DNA of 64,000 nt. It comes from Flectonema sp. DT1601. Taxonomy: Eukaryota. Under the pieces are notes generated by a model. It did no database searches, had not been told where the DNA came from, and saw only the letters and a list, made by a program, of their open reading frames with translations. The stretch spans positions 620,001 to 684,000 of the forward strand of contig OZ025795.1 in the NCBI GenBank assembly GCA_964019425.1, written 5' to 3'. How positions within the stretch are numbered: position 1 is the stretch's first letter; each line of letters starts with the position of its first letter. Position numbers and translations under genes: made by a program. Positions 31,806 to 42,894 of this stretch are shown here, piece by piece.

Positions 31806-32867
31806 TTACTGGATGAATCCACGGTGGCGTCTGGCCTCCCCGGCGTACTTTTCACAAGTTTCATCACCGTAATCTTCCGAAACGTATCCAAGATTTTGAA
31901 GAACTCTGCGGGTGGCGAAGTCCTGGTTAAGAGTGTAGAAGTGAAGGTGCTTCATTCCTCCTGCAACGAGCTTCTTACACATATCAGTCATTTGCTTAAT
32001 ACCGAACTCCTTAAATGCTGCCTCAGCAGCAGCCTTCTCCTCGTCCTTAAGATCTTCTTTTGGACCAACTGCATCGATCTCAGCCTTGAATTCTGGTGAG
32101 ATGTAAGTCTTGCAGAAGCCGGTCATTCTTCCAAACCCACCGTAGTTCTGAATTGGAAGAAGACCAGGGAGGATTGGAACGGTGATTCCAGCCTTGCGAC
32201 AGTCAGCCACCCAGTTCAAGAAGACATCAGCATCGTAGAACATTTGAGAGATAACCAAATCAGCACCAGCTTCAACCTTTGCCTTCAAGTAGTCCATTTC
32301 TGCCTGGTAAACTTCAGCTGGGATCTTTCCCTCCTTAAGGTACTGCTCGTAGTCTGGAATCTTGTCAGGGTGTCCCTCTGGGTATCCAGCAACAGAGATG
32401 CAGAAGTAGTTTCCGTACTTCTCTCTGATGAATTTAACTAAATCAAGAGCACACTTGAATCCTGTGTCAGTCGCCTTCCACTCTGAAACTCCAACTGGGG
32501 GGTCACCACGGAGGGCAACAATGTTAGTAATACCAGCCTCCTTAGCGATTCTAAGAGCATCTTCAACCTTTCCCTTTTCCATGTTGGTGCAGGTCAAGTG
32601 CATGTTTGAGATGTACCCATGTTTGTTCTGAGCGCTGGTGCAGAGTTCCATAGTGAGCTCAGAGGTGCTACCTCCTGCACCCCAAGTGTAGTCGACAAAT
32701 TCAGGTGCCATTCCTCTCATCTTACCGAGTCTGGTATCAAGGTTCTTTACACCAACATCAGTCTTTGGAGGGAAGAATTCGAAACTGTAGGTAACCTTAT
32801 CGTCGTTGTCGGTTGGGGCGTCACGTGGCTGCGACAAACCAGCAGTGATCTTTGGGGCGACAGGCAT
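31806..32867 (-). CDS. MTHFR: Methylenetetrahydrofolate reductase (catalytic domain only)
   Basis: Motifs SFEFFPPKT, TWGAGG, MHLTC, ALRGDPP, VAGYPEGHP, KVEAGA..ISQMFYD and HFYTLN. Confidence 0.96.
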   Translation of the reverse strand: MPVAPKITAGLSQPRDAPTDNDDKVTYSFEFFPPKTDVGVKNLDTRLGKMRGMAPEFVDYTWGAGGSTSELTMELCTSAQNKHGYISNMHLTCTNMEKGKVEDALRIAKEAGITNIVALRGDPPVGVSEWKATDTGFKCALDLVKFIREKYGNYFCISVAGYPEGHPDKIPDYEQYLKEGKIPAEVYQAEMDYLKAKVEAGADLVISQMFYDADVFLNWVADCRKAGITVPILPGLLPIQNYGGFGRMTGFCKTYISPEFKAEIDAVGPKEDLKDEEKAAAEAAFKEFGIKQMTDMCKKLVAGGMKHLHFYTLNQDFATRRVLQNLGYVSEDYGDETCEKYAGEARRHRGFIQ

Positions 32868-33180
32868 TCTTTTTTAATGAAGAGATCTGAGGGAGGAAAT
32901 GCATAAATTATTACATAATAAAAAACTTCCGTAAAATAACTGCACCGTTCCAACATGTTTTTAGTTTAGACATCTGACTGACAAGGTAATGTATTTTCTG
33001 TGAAAGGCAAACATCTCAACGACTTACTTGATTCACTTTGCTTGTTATAACTTTCCTTTTTTTTTCGTAATTCGTGACATGAGATTTTCTCGTTGTTCTT
33101 TAAGGATGCAGTAACTTGCTTCCCAAAATCCAAATTAATGAAAGCGCCGAAACAGTTCTTCGATTCACAGCTTGATATTT

Positions 33181-33826
33181 TTATCTTCTGTCAGGACAGT
33201 CTCTGGACATGTGACCTGGTTTGCCACAGTTGTAGCAGTCTCTGCCTCCTCCACCACCACCACCACCTCCTCCACGACGGTCTGGGCAGTCTCTTGACAT
33301 GTGACCTGGTTTGCCACAGTTGTAGCAGTCACCACCTCCGCCTCCACCACCCCCTCCACGACGGTCTGGGCAGTCTCTGGACATGTGACCTGGTCTGCCA
33401 CAGTTGTAGCAGTCACCACCTCCGCCTCCACCACCTCCTCCACGACGGTCTGGGCAGTCTCTGGACATGTGTCCTGGCTTGCCACAGTTGTAGCAGTCAC
33501 CACCTCCACCACCACCTCCTCCACGACGGTCTGGACAGTCTCTTGACATGTGTCCTGGTTTGCCACAGTTGTAGCAGTCACCACCTCCACCACCACCTCC
33601 TCCACGACGGTCTGGACAGTCTCTGTGTTATTGTTTTAGTAGTAAGGCCGTCGATATCAAATTTCGGTCAATAGCTATATAACCAAAAGACATACCTTGA
33701 CATGTGACCAGGCTTGCCGCAGTTGTAGCAGTCTCTGCCTCCTCCACCACCACCACCTTCTCCACCCTGTGGGCAGTCACGGGCAATGTGACCCTCTTCG
33801 TTACACTTGTAGCAGGCGCGGGACAT
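33181..33826 (-). CDS. Seven-CCHC zinc-knuckle nucleic-acid-binding protein (CNBP/UMSBP/HEXBP-like), 2 exons, 190 aa
   Basis: Exons 33826-33696 and 33622-33181, intron 33695-33623 (GTATGT..ACACAG). Seven CxxCxxxGHxxxxC motifs with poly-Gly/RRGG linkers. Confidence 0.93.
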
Positions 33827-34003
33827 AGTTAATAAGGAGTGCTGAGAAATATGACATTAATTAATTTATTATTTCTTCACATAAACCGTCCTGTAAAGGG
33901 TATCAAAATAAGTACCTGAGATTCTGTGAAACTTTTTCCAATTTTGTAACTTTCAGCAGCAAGCTACAATAATGAAACGCATCGCTTGTGTAAATGTTAC
34001 TTC

Positions 34004-34387
34004 TTATTCACAAGACTGGGCATAATCGCTAGCAGCAAATCCTTTTGCATTTTCCTTCCACAAGCTAGTAAACCGCATCCTATTCCGTACGTTTACTAAA
34101 TCTTCTTTTATTGCTGCCCTCTCTTGTTGAATGAGTTGAATCCTCTCTTCAAGAATATCATTTTCAGACTTCTCTTCCTGCCTTGTCTTCGTCTTCCTCT
34201 CAAGCTGCTTCCATGAGAGGGAGTAATTACTCGACTTGGCAAACTGCGCACTAGTCCCATCCTCGAACTCCATCTGTGCGATAACATCATCGACAACCCT
34301 TCCTCTTGTTAGTGAAAGTTCCACTCCGCGTGTTTTCTTAATTCTGACGGGTCGAACGTAGGGTCTTGCAATGTGATGTTTTTCCAT
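34004..34387 (-). CDS. Hypothetical 127-aa protein with C-terminal coiled coil
   Basis: ATG ORF on the cluster strand with normal composition and a heptad pattern. Confidence 0.65.
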   Translation of the reverse strand: MEKHHIARPYVRPVRIKKTRGVELSLTRGRVVDDVIAQMEFEDGTSAQFAKSSNYSLSWKQLERKTKTRQEEKSENDILEERIQLIQQERAAIKEDLVNVRNRMRFTSLWKENAKGFAASDYAQSCE

Positions 34388-34556
34388 TTTATCTAACCAT
34401 CAAAATATTTAATATTTAATAGGAATTATTTGATCAAGATAGCAACCCTTTAATCAAATGGCACATCTGAATGCTGCTGTGAAAAAGAACAAGATAAAAT
34501 AACCAACACGTAATAATTGGTTCTAGAAGAGCAGAAGTGACACCCTGCTTCAAGTG

Positions 34557-36191
34557 CTACAGAATAACAACTTCGGGTTTTGATCTTGTTCTCCTACTAG
34601 AAGGTTTACGTCGCTTAGGATTATCTGACAAGGCATCGATGTCAATAACTTCTTTGACTTCGTTAGTTGTCTGAGTGTCGGATTTTGATCTTTTTACGTG
34701 ACTGCGTTGAGTGCTGAAAAACTGAGTGGGTGAGGCGAAATCAGATTGTGGAAAGTCGTCGTCATTTTGACTGCTAAGAGAACTGCGAAAGAGTTCAGTT
34801 TCTTCGAAGTTTATCTCTTTTGAAGTGTGAATATCATCATCATCATCATCATCATCGATGATTAAAGTTTCAACAGGTTTCTTCTTTATCTTTACCCGCT
34901 TGTCATCAGTACTAAGAAATCGATCTAAAGTAATAACTCCTCGTTTCTCCTCCTCATCTTTGTACTTTAAGTGTAATGCAACACCAACTCCTCGAATTTG
35001 ATCAACTTGCCCCGTAAACGAATGAAAAACCTTAATAGCCGTCTCAGCTATTCCTAGTCTGTAAGGGCTGCTGCTTACCCAGGGGGTTACTAGACCATGT
35101 CCGAATCTTTTTGAGGGTAGAGGTGCATCCTTAGCTCGAATAAGTAATTTTAAAGTTACCTTTTGTGGCGTCGGATTGGATTCAATACATGTGAGCGCTT
35201 GGTGTACTTGAGTGCTGACGTCTTTAATTATTGAGTCGACGTCTTTCCTTTCAGTCGGTCGGACAGCCCAGTTCAGGTTACGGGATATCGACTGCGGCTT
35301 CTGTTCCAGAAAAGCAGCAGCTCCAAATTGAATATCTGAAGCTTCTTGTCCAGCAGCCATGGCCAACAGCTTGCGAGCTAGAACGCTGCCAATCACTTTT
35401 TGAAGAGTTTTTTCATCAGTTTGGCTGATGTGTTGACATTTTGTTATTTTCATAGCAGTGAGCTTTTTCTCCATAACTCGGCCAACTCCTGTTAAACTGC
35501 GAACTGGTAAGTCCAGTAATGAATGTAGTTGGTGGATACCAGTCCCTGGAGGCTTTGCAAATTGCGTCGATTGCCGCGCCATAATACTTGACAACCCAAT
35601 TCCAATTGATACCGGGCACTTAGTTTTGGTCAGAATAGCTTGCCTCAAGATCTTAGCGGATTCAAATACATTTTTAGAATATCTTTTCGGTACTTTCATA
35701 AGTAGCTCATCACATGAGAGAGGATAGACGTCAGTGCTGTATTGGAGAAACACTTTATACATCTCTCTCGTCAACTCGTTAAGTAATTTAAACATTTCAG
35801 GGGATACTCTCACAATTGATAAGGTTGGGCATTGTGCACGAGCCTTACTCAAAAGCATTCCTTTTTTTATTCCAAACCTGCGGGCTTCATATGAAGCTGT
35901 GCAGATGTCTGAATAATTATCTCCTCCGCTAGTCACTGCGATTGGTATGTTGTGCAGTTCTGGATTAGAAACTCTCGCCGCAGAGACGAAAAAGCAATCG
36001 ACGTCGATGTGTAGAACAAAGTTATTGTCTGGATCGCTCTCGTCCTCAATCGCTCTGAGCTCTGCTTCGAGGACTGGATCCAGAAGTTGATTACTCAGTT
36101 CGGTAGAAACTATTTCTCGAAGTCGTGTTTTCCAGGTACCCAGAAAGCTCAAGCGGCTGGTTTCCGCATAGCTCGCTGCCCTGCTGGTCAT
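34557..36191 (-). CDS. REV1: Y-family DNA polymerase, REV1-like deoxycytidyl transferase
   Basis: REV1 N-digit SRLSFLGTWK, HIDVDCFFVS, SYEARRFGI, SCDE, AKP.G, GVG and K-x-x-GHG in the little finger. Confidence 0.85.
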   Translation of the reverse strand: MTSRAASYAETSRLSFLGTWKTRLREIVSTELSNQLLDPVLEAELRAIEDESDPDNNFVLHIDVDCFFVSAARVSNPELHNIPIAVTSGGDNYSDICTASYEARRFGIKKGMLLSKARAQCPTLSIVRVSPEMFKLLNELTREMYKVFLQYSTDVYPLSCDELLMKVPKRYSKNVFESAKILRQAILTKTKCPVSIGIGLSSIMARQSTQFAKPPGTGIHQLHSLLDLPVRSLTGVGRVMEKKLTAMKITKCQHISQTDEKTLQKVIGSVLARKLLAMAAGQEASDIQFGAAAFLEQKPQSISRNLNWAVRPTERKDVDSIIKDVSTQVHQALTCIESNPTPQKVTLKLLIRAKDAPLPSKRFGHGLVTPWVSSSPYRLGIAETAIKVFHSFTGQVDQIRGVGVALHLKYKDEEEKRGVITLDRFLSTDDKRVKIKKKPVETLIIDDDDDDDDIHTSKEINFEETELFRSSLSSQNDDDFPQSDFASPTQFFSTQRSHVKRSKSDTQTTNEVKEVIDIDALSDNPKRRKPSSRRTRSKPEVVIL

Positions 36192-36785
36192 TCTACCTGA
36201 GAAATGAGTTAATTTTTATCCGTTTTTTTTTGGATAGAAAATATACCACTTTTCTCTCCGACAGAATTAACAGGATCGATTATAGTGTTGCTGTTAAAAA
36301 ATGTTATTATTTCTACAGCTAAATTATTTAACCACTCCCAAAATAGCATAAATGTGTAAATGGTTAAAAGTACTTAAGCCAGGCAGCATTTACTAACACT
36401 TTGTTAGGAAGTTGAGGAAGAATGCCACAAAAAGTTGTCTTATTGCTGACCACGGATAAAAACGAGTCAATAAACAGAACGGGAAAATGAATTGCAGATA
36501 AAAACAAAGCGACTAATATGATGTGTATGGAATATGGTTTACCATACAAAATTGCGCTCACAAACCATCTCAGAAAAGATTGTTGTGCTGTACCTCACAT
36601 GCAGTATGTTGGGGCTGAAATAATTCAGATTTGGGAGAGGAAACAAAATCCGAAATGGCCCTATGCCGTAAGGATAAAGCGATCTAATCAAAACAAGAAG
36701 TAGACAAAGAATAGGGGGGTAGATACACGTGTTTACACAGTTGAAGGGTGACTCCGCGGAAGCGAATCGAAAACGACAAGAAAGA

Positions 36786-39700
36786 TCAATCCGAGAAGTT
36801 ATCGTCTTCAATCGAAAGAACTCTTATTCGAGATGGGTCACTATCTCTGTGACTGGTTTGTGAAGAAGCGTCACTCTCTCTGCGCTTGCGGGAGATATTT
36901 TTTTTTGCTTCTCTGGCAGCAAAAGACTCCACGTCGAAGGTGAAAATTTCGAACCCGAAACGTTCATAGCGAATGGTTCGAAAGAACTTACAAAAAGGAA
37001 CCAAGTTTGGATCGTCACCAATTCCATAAAACAGATCATCAAATTCATCACTTGAATCAGAAGTTGTTATCAAACAATTAATTTCAACTGAGTCAGCGTA
37101 TGATGCGAGTACTGTTGCTAATCCAACAATCACTCCCAAGGCAGACGAAAACCTCAACTCAGCCATTCCCGCATTCGGGATTGTTTCCAAGATACCAGTT
37201 GCTATGGCCATTGAACCAAACCTCCCGCTAACAAGTCCTCCTATGTAACTAAAAATACTACCGGCACATGAAGAGACATTACAAATATGATCATCACCCT
37301 TAAAGCCGATTACTATTATTCGACTGCAGGCGGTTATAACAACACCCTGGTTTTCAGCTGCCAAGTCACCAGAAAATATTATCGTCTCTTCGATCAACTT
37401 TTGCGTACAATTCGCTGCAACTTTGATCACTAGAACCGACGCTGATTGTGTCCTCTGAGCCGAAATATGCGACCTCCTAGAAACTATTTCTTCGGTATTT
37501 TCTTCTGATGAGCAGACTGAGGTGTCTGATGGGGGTAGTAATATTTGCACTTTATAAGGTAAGCACCACGATCTCTTGGCCAAAGAAGGGTGCGAGACTG
37601 CATAAGCAACCACTTTACCAATTCCCTTCAGAGGGATATCAGTAACTTCGAAAATCGAATAAAGTTTTCCCTCATCTGATAAGTGTAACTCCACGCTAGC
37701 GTTGAGAGATATCAAAATGATTCCTCCTTCACCAGCTGAGGTGAGTCTTGCCGCTAGATTTGCTGTTTTTCCCAAATAATCACTTCTACCTGTCAAGGCG
37801 TTGCTTTCAATCACTGCTGCGCCATAAGCAATTCCGACAGCCATTCGAAGTCCTTTCCAAACCATTTCCCCGTTTTCAACGATTTCTTCAAGTCCATCTC
37901 TCTCAAGTAGTTTACGAGGCCAGTCCGCCCAAAGTAGTGCGCTTTGACTGTCGCAGTAGCACTTAACTGCATCGGTTACCTGTATTTACTTTATTTCACA
38001 AATCGTTGTGTTTCCTTAATCTACAACAGGTGGAATACTTACAATAACACAGTAAGATATGAGAATTGTTGTGGTCATATTAAAGTTCACATACCTCTTG
38101 AAAGACACACATCAGTCTATCTCCGACAGTTTTCACTTCGTATCCGTGAAACTTTTCGTAGAACGAGCGAACTACAGAAAAGTACGTTGTAACCGCCTGA
38201 GCCATTACCTCTGGATGCTCAAGCCAAAGGCTCTCTGAATCAGAGATGCTCGTGAAACTGATGGCAACGGTGCTTTCAGGTGCGGTGCGGAGTAGTTTCC
38301 TTTGAGCAGCGAAGGAGGCGGCGGCTGTCAGGTCAGGGAGGTAAGAACGAAAGTGTTCAAGTTTGGATCGAAATCTGTAGAACGATAGCAACAACTTTCG
38401 TTCATCTTCGCTCTCTTTTCCGTTTTCGATAAACAGTTCGAAAGACTGTACAAACCTATCAACTCTCGAAAGGTTGGTATCGAGAGTCAACTTAGATAAT
38501 ACTCGACTGACTACCATTGCAACTTGTCTTTGACGAGTCAGCTCCGGAAGAACAATAACATCATCATCTGTGTAGCTGCATTTGTTTTCAATTTCCGACT
38601 CCCGAGGAATTCGAAGCTTGTTTCCCGACTGCGGCCTCACCGTTGCCAACAACTTCCCTGCACCCTTCGATAATATCCAGGTCCACCCGCAGATCCAAAT
38701 AATGATGACAACAATTCCCAACAATTGAACTAAAAACTGAACAATATTACCACTATAAAATAAACCTCCCCTTGCAAACTTCCTTTTAGGGTATGTCCTT
38801 CGAACGCGTTTCTGATCAGCAAACAGTGTTGCTGCCAGACTTCCCAGTAAACCACCGCCACCATGAATCAGAATTGTATTGCAAGTGTCGTCAATTCGAA
38901 GAATCAACAGAATTTGCTTCCCTTTTAAGTACCCAATAGCACAAATAATCCCAACAGGAACTGAATAGGCAGGGTGTATCAGTCCAGCGAAACCACTGAT
39001 AGTAGAAACAGCACACAATATGACAGAACTGCAATCACGCGCACTTGCGTACCCGAACATCAGAATTCCGTAGAACATAAAAATAGCTACAGCTGCTGAA
39101 GGACCAAGCAAAAAGCATATCAGCGCCTCAGCAACTGATTCGTTATTTGAGAGCATACTACATGACAGAGCTGTGTACGCAGGCCAAGAGAGGAATGCAG
39201 CAGCACCAGATAAGAGCGGATCGGTTCCTTGCAGTTTACGTCGTCCCTCAGCAGAAAAAGGATCAATTTCTTCGAGTCCATCATTTGTAAATACAATACG
39301 AGGGCCAATCAGGAGAGTTACAATAAGAGAAGAGAATCCAGAGACTATGTGGATAGCTGTTCCCGATGCAGGGCCGAGGTAACCCGTGTTGTCGATACGT
39401 TGAAGCCAGGTATCGTGTGATGATACCCAATGATCTACTGCAGGGACAGGGAACAGTGTGAGGGCGAAAACAATGAAGAAGTGAACATCCCGGCGAATGG
39501 TAGTCCCGACACCGCTTCCAAGCAATCCTCCAACAAGAATGAGAGCAGTTATGCTGATAGAGTACTCTGACTCTTCTGAAAAGGTTACGGGGTCGATAGG
39601 ATTTCGCATTCCTACAAAAGCCCCGTTGCCGGCAGCTATTGTGAACCCAACAAGAACCCACGAAATCCCAAAAGCTGCAATCGATTGAACATATCGAATA

Positions 39701-41632
39701 AAAACCCTACTAATGAAGCATCGCCTTACGCAACCAGCTTCAAACAAAAAGTGAGAACACAAAATTGTCAATCCCATGACATGACTAAAGGGCACCCAAA
39801 ACATTTTTCTTTCAAGTATCTTTGTTGAGTTTCGCATGTGCTGGTCGAGACCGATTGCTATGTCTTTAACATCTTGCACCTGATATAATCCAGGGATAGC
39901 TAGAAAAGAAGTGAACAGGACCACGACAATACCTTTCATAAGAATTGTCATTTTGACTTTCTTCCGACTGAGTATATCTCGTATATCTCCTCCAGACTGC
40001 TCCTGAATATCCCAAACTTCTAAAGGAAAGTCCCTTTGCGAGCGTTGTGAGCGGTTGTCGCTGAAACCAGAGCTCACTCTCTTTTTCTGAGAGACTAATC
40101 GCTGTTTCTTAACTTTAATACTTGAATCCATAGAAGCGGAATCGTTTACCGAACAGTTTTGCGAACTAGAAGGGGTGAAGCTTTGGACATCTACATTCAA
40201 AATATTTATTGCTTTTAATTTTGAGATCTTACGATCATCCGCAAGTGCTTTGCTGGAAGTGGTGCTAGTTGCTCTCTGAATAACTGAAAGCCTATCAGAG
40301 ATGTCATCATTGTCTTGATCAATACAAACTATTTCAAAAGTTCCATGATCAGCTGCATCAAGACCAAGTTGTTCATCGTGATATGAAACTCGTAATTTAT
40401 TAAACTTCTTGAGGGTAAACCCAAGTGCTGAAGTCCAAAACATAGACCACCCGGTCAGTGTAGCCAAACCGAGTAATTGAATACCAATTTGTTGTGCTCC
40501 ACCACCTAAGAACAACCCGAAGGACTTTTCAGACTTGACTAAATTCCTCTCAGCAAAAAGCCCAACAGAAATAACACCTATTAAACCTCCTCCCGTATGA
40601 GTTGAGAATGCGTTCACCACGTCATCAATGTGATACTTAATACGAATTTTTGTAAGCAGTCGGTAGACAGCAGGGGTCACTATCCCCATCACGAGTCCAT
40701 AACGCGGTCTCACAACGGTGCAGCAACCAGAAGAGCCGGCAAGTGACGTTATCAGGATAGGGCTCACTGTTTGAAGGTCAATAAACCCCCGTGTTAACTT
40801 ACAATAAATAGCCTCCGTTATCAGAGCTGCTGAACTTGTCGTTAACGTTAAGAGACCTGTTGTCGTTTATTTGTTTTAAAAAGTAATGTTTCTTACTGAT
40901 CACAAGAATGTAATGAAGTTAAATAAACAAACCTGAGTTAATAACTCCAACAAGATCCAAAGCAGAACCCATATTAAAAGCTATCCAACCAGTGAAGAGA
41001 AATATAACACCGAGGGTCGAGAACACATTGTCTTGCACTTTAAGAGCTTTGTATCCCTCGGCTGAGAAAGCGTCGGCGCCGTCTGCTATCTTACGAGGGC
41101 CCAGAATGGCTGTAATTGTGACGGCAATCATTCCTCCAACGTAGTGAATGATTCCTCCACCTGCACTGTCAATGAATCCATTGTCACCAATGCTTGATAA
41201 CCATCCTCGTGATATCCAATGAAGAGGAACAGGATAAATAATAATTGCGATTAAAACGACCAACAAGTAGTAGGCTTTCAAACGAATTCGTTCCGTAACT
41301 GCTCCGCTTGCTATTGTCACGCAAGTCGACGCATAAGCGCTTGATTGATAGAATCTATATTTCTGGAATAGAGAAGTCCCGGACAGAGTGAAGTACTCCG
41401 TTCCAATGAAATCACCTGTTGACTTTCCGTAAGAAAAACCATATCCAACTAACCACCAAATAACTCCAACCAGACAGCAGTCGCCAATGTTCTTGAACAT
41501 TACTGAGATGGAATTTTTTCTCCTAACCGTCCCGTGTTCCAATAATAAGAATCCGACTTGCATAATGAACACTGTGATTCCCGTGACTGCCACCCACAAC
41601 ATTTCTGTATCCCTCCCGTCATCTTCATGCAT
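36786..41632 (-). CDS. Tandem ammonium transporter (Amt-Amt) fused to class III adenylate cyclase and a degenerate cyclase domain, 3 exons, ~1551 aa
   Basis: Exons 41632-40933, 40856-38095 and 37979-36786. GT-AG introns 40932-40857 and 38094-37980 join three ORFs in frame. Amt motifs GFLLLEHG..RRKN, SGAVTER, DSAGGGIIH, GWIAFN, IDD..H, LRV..E..GLD, with a second degenerate set. Cyclase motifs YEVKTVGD, WKGLRMAVG and DYLGKTANLAAR. Confidence 0.9.
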
Positions 41633-42894
41633 CACCTGAGAAGATTATAATTACAAAAAGTATTTCCCGTCTGGCAACAGTACTTCATCAGAATAAATTA
41701 AACTTCCGGGAGAAGAGTAATAAAATACAAATCACAGGCACTAACTACTATTAAAAATGATTTTTTTTTATCTACATATCAGCCAGCTAGCCAGCTAGCT
41801 AGCACATATCGAGACTTCCGCCATCAAGCGGCGTCTAAGTATTTTTTGGTTGTCGCAACAAGATCACAACTCTCAAAAAACAGTTTTTAAATACGAAGGT
41901 TACTCGTCTGTTGACGGGAGCACCTAATTCAACCCAGTCGCTGACAACAGCATTGAGTCTTTATTTTTAACGAGAGATTCTCGTCGCGCAAGTTAATGCT
42001 GAACTGGTCAACATCTTTTGAAGTGAAATAACTAACTCCAGTCTCGATGGAGTGTAAAAACAGTACAAAACACGAATTCCAGCACTCGTAAAGAATCTAG
42101 GGCATGCCCACAATTCGGAGGCCAGAGGGATGGCTGAATAACAATATAAACTGATTTGTGACCCATTTCCCAAAACTCAAAAGAAAAAGAAAGAACTGGG
42201 TCACTTACCAAGACAGAAGAAACGAAACTAAAAACAAAAATAAATACAATAATGAGAATGGAATTCTTATAAGGATTGTCTTTATTAAAACATGACACGC
42301 TTTACATTTCATTTTGTTTGAATGAAAGTCGAAGACATCTCGCTATCATTCCCTGTTGAATACTTCAATTAAGTAGTTTCGAGTATGAAGGTGTCACTCA
42401 CATCATCAAATGGAGTGCACTACTGATAACGTTGTAGAACTGTACTTCAAGAAATAGAATCAATAAGAGAAATTTCCTCACTGATTTGATTCTGATGAGT
42501 CACATCAACATTATCAATAGACTTCTCTATGCGTTAATAGTTGCAGTTCATAATATTGAACTGCATTGAAACGGACCGAATCGCAATCAGTTAAAACAAC
42601 ACAACTGATTTCTACCCAAGTTTTCAACCCACTAAGGGTCATGGTTTACAACAACAATGAAAATTGTATTGAGAAATAAAAAAAAATAAAATAAAAAAAT
42701 AATGAATTGCAATTCCTTGGAATGTATTCCTTTTATTGCAACTCTTTTGATAAACAAATAGATTGCATTGACGGTCTGTCTCACAGATGAGAAAACAATC
42801 TTCTTCATTCACAGTCGCCGATTAATAAATGTGTGATCACACCCTCTGGTAGGTATCTAAACTTATCAAGCAAGAACAGCAATAATTAAACAAC

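Noticed and set aside
33181..33625. Regularly spaced near-identical repeats resembling a CRISPR array
   Set aside because: The repeats are in-frame CCHC knuckles and the spacers are poly-Gly codons. The context is eukaryotic and there are no cas genes.
33093..33674. His/Cys-rich 193-aa + ORF and Val/Glu-rich alternative-frame ORF
   Set aside because: Shadow frames of the CCHC repeat gene.
36786..41635. Three separate genes, frameshifts or stop readthrough in the Amt-cyclase locus
   Set aside because: Two ordinary GT-AG introns join the pieces in frame within continuous domain motifs.
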